Positions 19,111-26,084 of a stretch of DNA of 64,000 nt are shown here, in pieces (the stretch's first letter is position 1; the number at the start of each line of letters is the position of its first letter). A program made the translations under genes and the position numbers. The DNA is taken from contig DASXVU010000004.1 of the NCBI GenBank assembly GCA_036504055.1, positions 28,202 through 92,201 on the forward strand, read 5' to 3'. The notes beneath the pieces are model-generated. The model was not told the origin of the DNA. It worked only from the letters and a program-made list of their open reading frames with translations, and made no database searches. The stretch comes from Methanomassiliicoccales archaeon. GTDB lineage: Archaea > Thermoplasmatota > Thermoplasmata > Methanomassiliicoccales > UBA472.

Positions 19111-19280
19111 TGTGCCACCGCCTTTATCTGGTTCTCCGTCGCCTCTGCTCGTATTCCCTGCACCACAAAAACCCGTGCCAGGGTTCTTGGAGGCAGGTCT
19201 TTCCTTTGCGCCACCCGATTAAGCTTTTCAATGTCCTCCGGGTCGAGGCTTATCGTATACGGCACCTTTGCCATAGACAT
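19107..19280 (-). CDS. Ribbon-helix-helix (CopG/Arc-like) protein, 57 aa; below the ORF-track length cut-off
   Basis: My own translation: MSMAKVPYTISLDPEDIEKLNRVAQRKDLPPRTLARVFVVQGIRAEATENQIKAVAQ. It has a beta-strand followed by two helices. It is the first gene of the minus-strand operon, and its stop overlaps the next ATG. Confidence 0.6.
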   Translation of the reverse strand: MSMAKVPYTISLDPEDIEKLNRVAQRKDLPPRTLARVFVVQGIRAEATENQIKAVAQ

Positions 19281-19319
19281 TAGAAACTGTTATAATCTAG
19301 ATAAATTATTAGCAATATC

Positions 19320-19343
19320 TTGATAACAATAAATTGATAACAA
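19320..19343. promoter_or_regulatory. Two perfect direct repeats TTGATAACAA (14-bp period) in the divergent promoter region
   Basis: TTGATAACAAtaaaTTGATAACAA lies in the 78-bp gap between the RHH gene (start 19280, minus) and the 424-aa gene (start 19359, plus). Confidence 0.4.
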
Positions 19344-19358
19344 AGTTGGTGAAAAATC

Positions 19359-20633
19359 ATGTCCAGTATTCTTCTTAGCCCGAAAGAAAAGAAATTTCTT
19401 GAAGAAGCAAAGTATAGATACAATTTACCTGCGACTCCAAGTGAAAGAGTATTCATTTCAAGGCTGGATAAAAAAATAGAAACGAATCTTCCATCCTCCA
19501 TTATTGATTTCTTGGTAGATCTGAGTCTCGTATCCAATTATTATTCCTATAAAAATCCTGAGATCAAGAATGAAATGATAGAAAGTATGGTGCAAATTTT
19601 TTATCCCACTTATGTGGCGAGCATGATACAAAACTGGATGCCAAAAGATGCTAAAATGGAATTATTGAGGATTCTTATGGAGCAGAATGACCCCCGAGAG
19701 ATTATGGGTGTCTTCACAAGATACCTTAATGATTGTGAGTTTCATGACTTTGAAGACCCGGAAAGGGAGATTCTGGTCCTCGAAGATGATAAGAATAAGA
19801 TTGTCTCTGAGATGATGGATTTCATTAACTTAACATCGGACAAGGATTGTATTTACAGAGATGAAAGACCACTCTATACTCATGATCGAGAAAGAATCAA
19901 TGTAATGTATTTTGTGTCAAAAGAAGCTAGAAAAAAACTTGCCCTAATTAACTCAGATTCATATTCAGGCGAGATCAAATATGCTCCAATCGAGATTCGT
20001 AATGCTCTCGGCAAACGATTCGGAGTAACAATAATATTTAGAGTCAATTGGATAAAAGCGGTATTGATATCACTATTCAATGTTGATCTGGATGGCAGCA
20101 GGTGGTGGGATGAATTGGAAAGGGGAAGGTTCGGAATAATAAGACGTGGAAGATTTCTAGAATATCAAACAGTAGTAAGAAGTGAGAAGGACATTATCAG
20201 CAGAATTTTCAGGGTAATCTCTGATTTATGCAACAACGGCATCGAAATAGGGTCACCGAAGTTAATGTTTCAATATACGGTTATTAAACCGGATTTTAAT
20301 ACCGCTCAGTTCTTCGTTGGTAGGGGAAGACCAATTAAGACGATAGGAGGAAAAGAAATAATTCCATATGATGAAAAAAACCCATTCCAAATTAGATTGG
20401 AGAAGGAGATAAAACGGGCAATCGAGGCATTAAATGAACAAGGAATTATAAAACGTAAACGTGGAATCAAACCGAACTATTTCATACCCACAGATTCACT
20501 AAAGGCGATTAGAGATTCGGGTGTTTTTCATAAATCTCCCGATGACGTCACAGAAAAAAATGTTGCATTATTGCCAGGAGAGTTGATGATAACCTTTGAT
20601 CACCTTATTCAGGAAATTGATATCAAAGAATGA
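19359..20633 (+). CDS. Hypothetical protein, 424 aa, orphan
   Basis: A long uninterrupted ORF in a markedly AT-rich stretch. I recognise no motif. Confidence 0.65.
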   Translation: MSSILLSPKEKKFLEEAKYRYNLPATPSERVFISRLDKKIETNLPSSIIDFLVDLSLVSNYYSYKNPEIKNEMIESMVQIFYPTYVASMIQNWMPKDAKMELLRILMEQNDPREIMGVFTRYLNDCEFHDFEDPEREILVLEDDKNKIVSEMMDFINLTSDKDCIYRDERPLYTHDRERINVMYFVSKEARKKLALINSDSYSGEIKYAPIEIRNALGKRFGVTIIFRVNWIKAVLISLFNVDLDGSRWWDELERGRFGIIRRGRFLEYQTVVRSEKDIISRIFRVISDLCNNGIEIGSPKLMFQYTVIKPDFNTAQFFVGRGRPIKTIGGKEIIPYDEKNPFQIRLEKEIKRAIEALNEQGIIKRKRGIKPNYFIPTDSLKAIRDSGVFHKSPDDVTEKNVALLPGELMITFDHLIQEIDIKE

Positions 20634-20635
20634 AA

Positions 20636-20803
20636 TTACCCTTTCTTAATGAATACCTGGCCTTTTTCACCCTCATAGAATAGGATGTGGTCACCGTCAT
20701 TAATGCCCATCAGATCGGCCGCATCTTTTACCAAGCTGATCCGCAACTTGGAACTGACCTTCGATGACCCAAGGAATTTCATTTCTGACTTGGTTTCGGG
20801 CAT
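20636..20803 (-). CDS. AbrB/SpoVT/MazE-type swapped-hairpin DNA-binding protein, 55 aa; not in the ORF track
   Basis: My own translation: MPETKSEMKFLGSSKVSSKLRISLVKDAADLMGINDGDHILFYEGEKGQVFIKKG. LRISLVKDAADLMGINDGDHILF..E.GQVFIKK matches the AbrB-like pattern (basic strand, ..lGi..GD.l...). An in-frame stop lies at 20852-20854. Confidence 0.55.
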   Translation of the reverse strand: MPETKSEMKFLGSSKVSSKLRISLVKDAADLMGINDGDHILFYEGEKGQVFIKKG

Positions 20804-20807
20804 AATA

Positions 20808-20878
20808 CCTATATTGGAGATAATGGAGAAATATACATATATCCTTTCCCCCTATATTGTCGCAATCTCCAATATAGG
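20808..20878. promoter_or_regulatory. 13-bp perfect inverted repeat CCTATATTGGAGA / TCTCCAATATAGG plus a third half-site
   Basis: Copies are at 20808-20820 and 20866-20878, with a partial CCTATATTG at 20851-20859. All lie in the gap between the AbrB-like gene and the 145-aa gene, and the TATA-like cores suggest divergent promoters or an operator. Confidence 0.4.
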
Positions 20879-20898
20879 AGATAACATGAGGTAATGAC

Positions 20899-21336
20899 AT
20901 GGATTGGAAAAACAATGATTGGCCTATCTATTGCGAGACTAGCCTGGTATTGGAGCTCGACGTTGAGCATGATCAAGAGGACCTGGAAAAGCTGAAAGAG
21001 GAATTGAAGCAAGGCATTCTCGCTTGGGCCAGGGAAAAGAAGCGGAACGAGCATGTAATGAGGGTTAGGGATATTGTCATGAAAGAGACGGTCAGGGATG
21101 ACTATGGCGTGATCCAGAGCCATATCGAGACCGTGAACGCTAGAGCGAACAATATTGATAACATAGCAAAACCGAATCGGCAGGAATTCAACCCCTTAGT
21201 CAATATCAAGGTCGAGATTGGCCGAACTGTCCCCGATTCGGTGGCCAATGAGATCATGGAAGAAATGGACCAGGAGCGGGAGATCATCCACAGTATCCTT
21301 GAAACCGTCAAGGTCGAACGGGTCGAAATCAATTAG
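20899..21336 (+). CDS. Hypothetical acidic protein, 145 aa
   Basis: The ATG is preceded by GAGGTAATGAC. E/D/K-rich and probably helical; no family recognised. Confidence 0.55.
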   Translation: MDWKNNDWPIYCETSLVLELDVEHDQEDLEKLKEELKQGILAWAREKKRNEHVMRVRDIVMKETVRDDYGVIQSHIETVNARANNIDNIAKPNRQEFNPLVNIKVEIGRTVPDSVANEIMEEMDQEREIIHSILETVKVERVEIN

Positions 21337-21805
21337 GAAACAATAAAGCTGGTTTGGACGGTTTCTAGAACGTCCGGACCTTTCTTTTCTCTGAAAATGT
21401 CAAAGGTGACCCGGCCGTTTGCACGACCGGCCGGATCGGGGGTTCAATCCCAATAGTATAATATAAATCGTTATTATTAAATGTATCACATTAACACATC
21501 TTCACTCGATTGCTTAGATCGATAATGGACTTTAATCAAGATATGTGCAACGATTTGAGAATTGCTATTCTGGCTGCAATAGATGTTCTGTGGACAAGTC
21601 TTGCATTTGTCCGAAATGCAGGTAAATAGGCCATAACAGCTAGGGACAGTGACGGGGACTGGCCCCCGTCCTGTCCATGGGGTACGAATGGTCTGAACCG
21701 CTGGCATGATTTGGTAATGTGTTTCAGGTTAATAATAATGATGTTAGCTTAACAATGGAAGTGAATAAAAGGAAAAGATTTGGTGTCACCTTCTCAAAGG
21801 ATTGA

Positions 21806-22330
21806 TTAGGTACTGGAAAGATAAACACGGATCATGCCACTTGTGACAGCTGTCCCAAATGGAGTGCTCACCTTAAGACTGTAGGATGTGGTCTCTCCCG
21901 GCGCCAACGAGACATCCTGAGTTTGTCGATATGTGTTCTGACCTTCAGTAATGTCCACATGAATGTTCTTCGATCCGATCGCATCTCCAGTATTGGTCAC
22001 TTTGACTGTTACTGTTGTTGCCCCCAGGACGCTTTGGGAATATGTTGAACTCACTACCTGCAGATTCGGCTTGGGACCGATCAAAGCAGATCCCCCATCG
22101 TTCCCTCCGGGTCGCACTGCGAGAACGACCAACAGAATGACGATAATAATTGCGACTATAGCTATTACGCCGATTATCAGGCCTCTTTTTCTCTTCGGTT
22201 TAGGGGCCGGTTGTTGATAATACTGTGGCGGCATTTGTTGATATCCAGGTGGCGGCTGTTGATATGTAGGTTGTTGCGGTTGCTGCTGATATGGACCTTG
22301 GTTTGGTTGGTTTAATTCCTCGTTCCCCAT
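21806..22330 (-). CDS. Single-pass membrane protein: Q/P-rich N-terminus, TM helix, Ig-like (CARDB-like) ectodomain
   Basis: 174 aa. The N-terminus is QQQPQQPTYQQPPPGYQQMPPQYYQQP, followed by KRKRGLIIGVIAIVAIIIVILLVVLAV. The ectodomain LQVVSS...TVTVKVTNTGDAIG...LAPGETTSYSL resembles the CARDB strand pattern. Confidence 0.6.
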   Translation of the reverse strand: MGNEELNQPNQGPYQQQPQQPTYQQPPPGYQQMPPQYYQQPAPKPKRKRGLIIGVIAIVAIIIVILLVVLAVRPGGNDGGSALIGPKPNLQVVSSTYSQSVLGATTVTVKVTNTGDAIGSKNIHVDITEGQNTYRQTQDVSLAPGETTSYSLKVSTPFGTAVTSGMIRVYLSST

Positions 22331-22418
22331 TTAGATCTCCGACGATTCTAGTCGGTCATATATCCTAAAACTATGTTCAAAATTATCAATTGTGAAACGA
22401 TTCTTCGATGTATCTAAC

Positions 22419-22534
22419 GTTACATAATACTCTATTTTGTAACATTATCTTCATTCCATAAGACCTGGGTTATATACTAACTCAGTTTGTTTGTATCGTT
22501 ATGTTACATTATTAATACTGTTTGTAACAATATC
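22419..22534. repeat. Two ~31-bp direct copies of a palindrome-containing motif (GTTACAT..AATACT..TTTGTAACA.TATCT)
   Basis: Copy 1 is at 22419-22449 and copy 2 at 22503-22534. Each contains GTTACA N13-14 TGTAAC. Both lie in the divergent gap between the CARDB-like gene and the short recombinase, and copy 2 ends 20 nt before its ATG. Confidence 0.5.
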
Positions 22535-22553
22535 TACCTGGGAAGTACAGACA

Positions 22554-23111
22554 ATGAGAGAGGGAATGCGATCAAAGGATGATGCTCTGAACGACCTCGA
22601 GCTCGATACTTTGTTGAAGGCGGCAGACCCGGACGATCCAAGGGAGGCTTTGATTATCCTTCTCGCCGGTGATCTCGGACTCAGGGAGGGGGAGATCTCC
22701 GCTTTGAGGTCCTCTTGGATCAACTTCCAACGTGGACACATCATCATACCCTCGAAAAGCGAACAGGGATGGACTCCTAAGCGTCCTGACAGCGCTAGGA
22801 CCATTCCGGCCTTGAAGATGTCTCCGAGAGCGTGGGAAGCGGTAAGAACGTACTTCACGGCCCATCCCTCGCTCGATATGACCCGCATGACGGTCTATCG
22901 GATAGTGCAGAAGGTCGCATTGAGGTCAGAGCTCAAGAGGAAGATCTATCCCCATTCATTGAGGGCGACAGCAGCGACACGACTTGCTTACAAGATCACT
23001 AACCCGGTCATCCTTTGCGATCTGTTCGGTTGGAAGCAGCTCAAGATGGCCGAGTATTACATCCGGAGAGCAGGGGGAAGGGCCGAGCTCGAACTTGATA
23101 AGATACTTTGA
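22554..23111 (+). CDS. Short tyrosine recombinase (catalytic domain only, ~185 aa)
   Basis: The likely start is MREGMRSKDD at 22554; the tracked ORF begins at a TTG at 22491. Motifs are GLREGEISALR (R), HSLRATAAT (HxxR) and GWKQLKMAEYYIR (W/H...Y). There is no N-terminal core-binding domain. Confidence 0.75.
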   Translation: MREGMRSKDDALNDLELDTLLKAADPDDPREALIILLAGDLGLREGEISALRSSWINFQRGHIIIPSKSEQGWTPKRPDSARTIPALKMSPRAWEAVRTYFTAHPSLDMTRMTVYRIVQKVALRSELKRKIYPHSLRATAATRLAYKITNPVILCDLFGWKQLKMAEYYIRRAGGRAELELDKIL

Positions 23112-23113
23112 AC

Positions 23114-23872
23114 TCACATTGCATTCATAATGGCATTCTCCTGCAATTGAGCCATGGACCTGACCCAATCTGTGTTTAATGCATAGCTACCAGAATAATA
23201 TTCGAGTTGATTCATACAAACTACATTGTTTTCTCTAAAAAGAATCGAGTATACATGAGGCTGGGATGAAGTAGACGACGCTTGATACATGTCATCCCCC
23301 AGTCCGCTATTAGTAATATGGGCCATTGGAACGCTCGAACTGGATGAGACGGTGGTTGAAACGAAGTTTTTAGCATCATCTATACTGTAGAAAACGATGG
23401 CTGCGGATCCAAACATAGCTCCGCTCGAAGATTGTTGAGAGTACCCATTATGATATGTTACGATAGATGAACTTCTTGCCGATACCACACTAGGCATGGA
23501 TGCGGTTGACTCGTAAGTCCACCCAGATGGCATCATACCGGCATTCGCTGTAAAACTGCTTGATGAATTTGTCAACAAAGTCGTGTTATCAGCTGAACCT
23601 TTGTTCGTAGGCGAAAGAACAACCAATGCAACAATGACCAGAACAACGGCAATCGCCACTACCGACACACCAATAACAACTTTTCGACTTCTCTTCTTGA
23701 CCGAGGGTTCTGAAATATAGGGCTGTTTCGGTTGAGTTTGCACCGGTTGGCTGCTCGAATCTACTGTTGATTGGATTTTCTTTCCACACTTGGGACAAAA
23801 CGTAGATTCCATTTCAAAGGAAGATCCGCAATCTGAACAGAATTTTCTAGGAATCTGATCTGTATTCTCCAT
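23114..23872 (-). CDS. Single-pass membrane protein: N-terminal Zn ribbon, TM helix, S/T-rich ectodomain
   Basis: 252 aa. The zinc ribbon is CSDCGSSF...FCPKCGKKI, followed by RKVVIGVSVVAIAVVLVIVALVVL and then an extracytoplasmic domain of unknown family. Confidence 0.6.
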   Translation of the reverse strand: MENTDQIPRKFCSDCGSSFEMESTFCPKCGKKIQSTVDSSSQPVQTQPKQPYISEPSVKKRSRKVVIGVSVVAIAVVLVIVALVVLSPTNKGSADNTTLLTNSSSSFTANAGMMPSGWTYESTASMPSVVSARSSSIVTYHNGYSQQSSSGAMFGSAAIVFYSIDDAKNFVSTTVSSSSSVPMAHITNSGLGDDMYQASSTSSQPHVYSILFRENNVVCMNQLEYYSGSYALNTDWVRSMAQLQENAIMNAM

Positions 23873-24031
23873 ATCTCCACCACGACGCCTGAAAACGGCG
23901 TAATATGTGGGAGTTTGTGCAAGAGCTTAATGGTTGGCCTTGGTCTTGAAATGTGATAATGAAATGGAAATCATACTGTCTCATCGTTCATCATTCATTT
24001 CTTTCCCTTCATCAATTGACTTCAATACACT

Positions 24032-24178
24032 TCAAAGGATTGCGTGAGAGCCGTATACGAAAACTATCTTCTCTCCATTAATCTTCCAACGACCTTTGAT
24101 ATCGCCCTTTGCCTCGACTTTTACGATGTTCTCAGCCCCGCATTCAGGGCAGGGTATCTCTTCCCATTCTCTGCTCAT
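24032..24178 (-). CDS. Possible small protein, 48 aa (CPEC motif); not in the ORF track
   Basis: My own translation: MSREWEEIPCPECGAENIVKVEAKGDIKGRWKINGEKIVFVYGSHAIL. GGGTGATC lies directly upstream of the ATG. It is on the same strand as the downstream Zn-ribbon membrane gene. Confidence 0.3.
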   Translation of the reverse strand: MSREWEEIPCPECGAENIVKVEAKGDIKGRWKINGEKIVFVYGSHAIL

Positions 24179-25062
24179 GATCACCCGGACCAGGCATCAT
24201 ATCTAATCCGTTGCTTTGAGAGATGAGTGAAAGTGCCGTCCCTATACCATATAGGCGGCGCTTTAAAACGTAAAACATTACCGACCCAGTCTGATATCCT
24301 CGTTTTTTCTGGTTAAGTAACTATTGGTTGGAATAGTGTTGTCCTGTTTCCCATATAAAGGCGGCGCAGAATATGGAATAGAATATCAATCCAGACTGGG
24401 ACCTCCATATTCACTTGATAAATACTTACCCTAATATCAAACGGATCGGGTTTCCAATCCTCTATCATATAGGGAGGCTGCCAATTGCCAAAGAACTATA
24501 GCCAGACATCAAGAACGGATGGAAGAAGTATATTAGTTTGAGCTGACCGTTTTAAAAAGGGGTATGGAAACAGGGACCGCCTCGAACGTCATTATCATTG
24601 ACTGGCTAGGGTTAGGTAGTGGATGGTAAAGGGGCCGGAATAGATTGGGATAACCTCGACCGGGGATCGGAGCAGGTCCTTGATATTATTGAATAATACA
24701 TTAATAATCTGGAATAGGTTTTGATTAGTGATTAGGGCCACCATATATAGGGGCAGTTATTCGTTTCGGATCTAAAAGAAAGAATGTGGCCGGGCATGGT
24801 TGGGATGATCGGGAGCCGATGAATTGGTTTGGATCGTTCTTTTATTCTCTAAAATGTAGCCTGTACTATATATTGTGGCGCCTGTGCATTGTAAAATACA
24901 ATTCCAGATTATTATGAATGATACAAAATAGACTATGATGGAACAACCTCGAAAGACAAAGTAAGACGAACATGAGTACTCATCATTATTGAAGTATTCT
25001 GATATAATATCAATAACACAAATATTTACATAACAACACTTATTCAAACCACAGGGGAAAGG

Positions 25063-25746
25063 ATGTTTAGGAGAGCATGTTCAACTAATCGAGAATCAAT
25101 TTATGGTGTTCATGGATTTTCAATTATTGGAGATAACTTACAAGCCAATACCATTGGATCTGGATTTACTATAGCTCCGGGTATCATAGTAACGGCTGGT
25201 CATTTAGTCCATCTTGATAGCGATGCGAAGAAGAGCATCCAAACGAGTTTTGATGTGATTAGGTCTCCTGATATTGGGCAAGGGACTGAAAAGGCAGAAT
25301 TTATTGCCGAAGATTCAGAGTATGATATAGCCTTGCTAAAGATTGTTAATCCAAGATCGGCTAAATTTCTTACTTTGGAACCTAATAAAATACAGACTGG
25401 TACGAATTGCGGCTCTCTAGGATTTCCACTATGTTCTTTTGACAATAATGGATTCCACCTTGTCGAACGTTTTCAAGGATCTTATGTTTCCTGCTATTCT
25501 CAAGGGATTTCACCAAAGGGGAAACCTGTTTATCAATATGAAGTCGATTCGTTGATGTATAAAGGTTCGAGTGGATGCCCTGGTTTTCTAATGAGCGGGG
25601 TTGTTATTGGTATGCAGAGCAGCTACCAGATGAATCGGGAAGGGCAGGATGGCAAAATGTCACAACTAGCAATCTCGAACTGGGTACCATCGATGGAAAT
25701 TATTAGGTGTGCTAAAGCTAATGGAATTAAAATTGGAAAACGGTAA
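25063..25746 (+). CDS. Trypsin-like (chymotrypsin-fold) serine protease, cytoplasmic, paralogue A
   Basis: 227 aa. The triad contexts are GSGFTIAPGIIVTAGHLVH (His), YDIALLKI (Asp) and GSSGCPGF (Ser). No signal peptide, TM helix or PDZ domain. Confidence 0.8.
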   Translation: MFRRACSTNRESIYGVHGFSIIGDNLQANTIGSGFTIAPGIIVTAGHLVHLDSDAKKSIQTSFDVIRSPDIGQGTEKAEFIAEDSEYDIALLKIVNPRSAKFLTLEPNKIQTGTNCGSLGFPLCSFDNNGFHLVERFQGSYVSCYSQGISPKGKPVYQYEVDSLMYKGSSGCPGFLMSGVVIGMQSSYQMNREGQDGKMSQLAISNWVPSMEIIRCAKANGIKIGKR

Positions 25747-25840
25747 TTTATCCAGCATCGAATCAACTCGAATAAGACTCTGAATGATTGTTCGACTTCT
25801 TTTTTAATCCTTGGAGGTACTAAAGAATCACACAAGACCA

Positions 25841-25920
25841 GAACAGTTTCGTGCCGTTCTCCCTACTGTTCCTTGGAGCCAGCATCATTCCCGGAACAGT
25901 AGGAACAGTAAGAACAGTAA
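25841..25920. repeat. GAACAGT repeat cluster: three tandem GAACAGTA units, one upstream direct copy and an 11-bp inverted repeat
   Basis: GAACAGT at 25841-25847. CCTACTGTTCC at 25862-25872 is the reverse complement of GGAACAGTAGG at 25893-25903. GAACAGTA occurs at 25894, 25903 and 25912 (9-bp period). The cluster sits in the 338-bp gap between the convergent protease genes. Confidence 0.6.
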
Positions 25921-26084
25921 CTTACAACTTCTAAAGAGAAAAGAAAAAGACTGCAAAGGGTTTGGCAACCCCAAATTACACGAATTATCGTTATTGATCT
26001 GAAATCACGACTTACTGGATGCCCGTTGTTTCCAGTCCGGGCAGACCCGCCATTATTCCTATTATCTTACGTAAATTACTAGGG

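Noticed and set aside
20685-20915. Tracked ORFs 20685-20894 (+) and 20700-20915 (-).
   Set aside because: They overlap each other and have no motifs. A third frame on the minus strand gives an AbrB-like domain and better explains the region. The plus-strand ORF is not strictly excluded.
21437-21451. A complete second tRNA gene at the T-arm-like sequence.
   Set aside because: The flanking sequence cannot form an acceptor stem, D arm or 5-bp/7-nt anticodon arm, and the T stem itself is imperfect. I treat it as a fragment only.
21486-21707. A 73-aa Cys-rich minus-strand ORF downstream of the CARDB-like gene.
   Set aside because: It has no ribosome-binding site and no recognisable fold, and its composition is mixed. 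It could be real, but the sequence alone does not support it.
24772-25047. A 91-aa minus-strand ORF in the AT-rich non-coding block.
   Set aside because: It is Cys/Ile/Phe/Asn-rich as expected from AT-rich sequence. It has no ribosome-binding site or partner gene, and it overlaps the likely promoter of protease A.
25811-26002. A 63-aa ORF between the protease genes.
   Set aside because: Its SRNSRNSKNS stretch is just the translation of the GAACAGTA tandem repeat. It has a TTG start lying inside a GGAGGT-like string, and nothing suggests coding.
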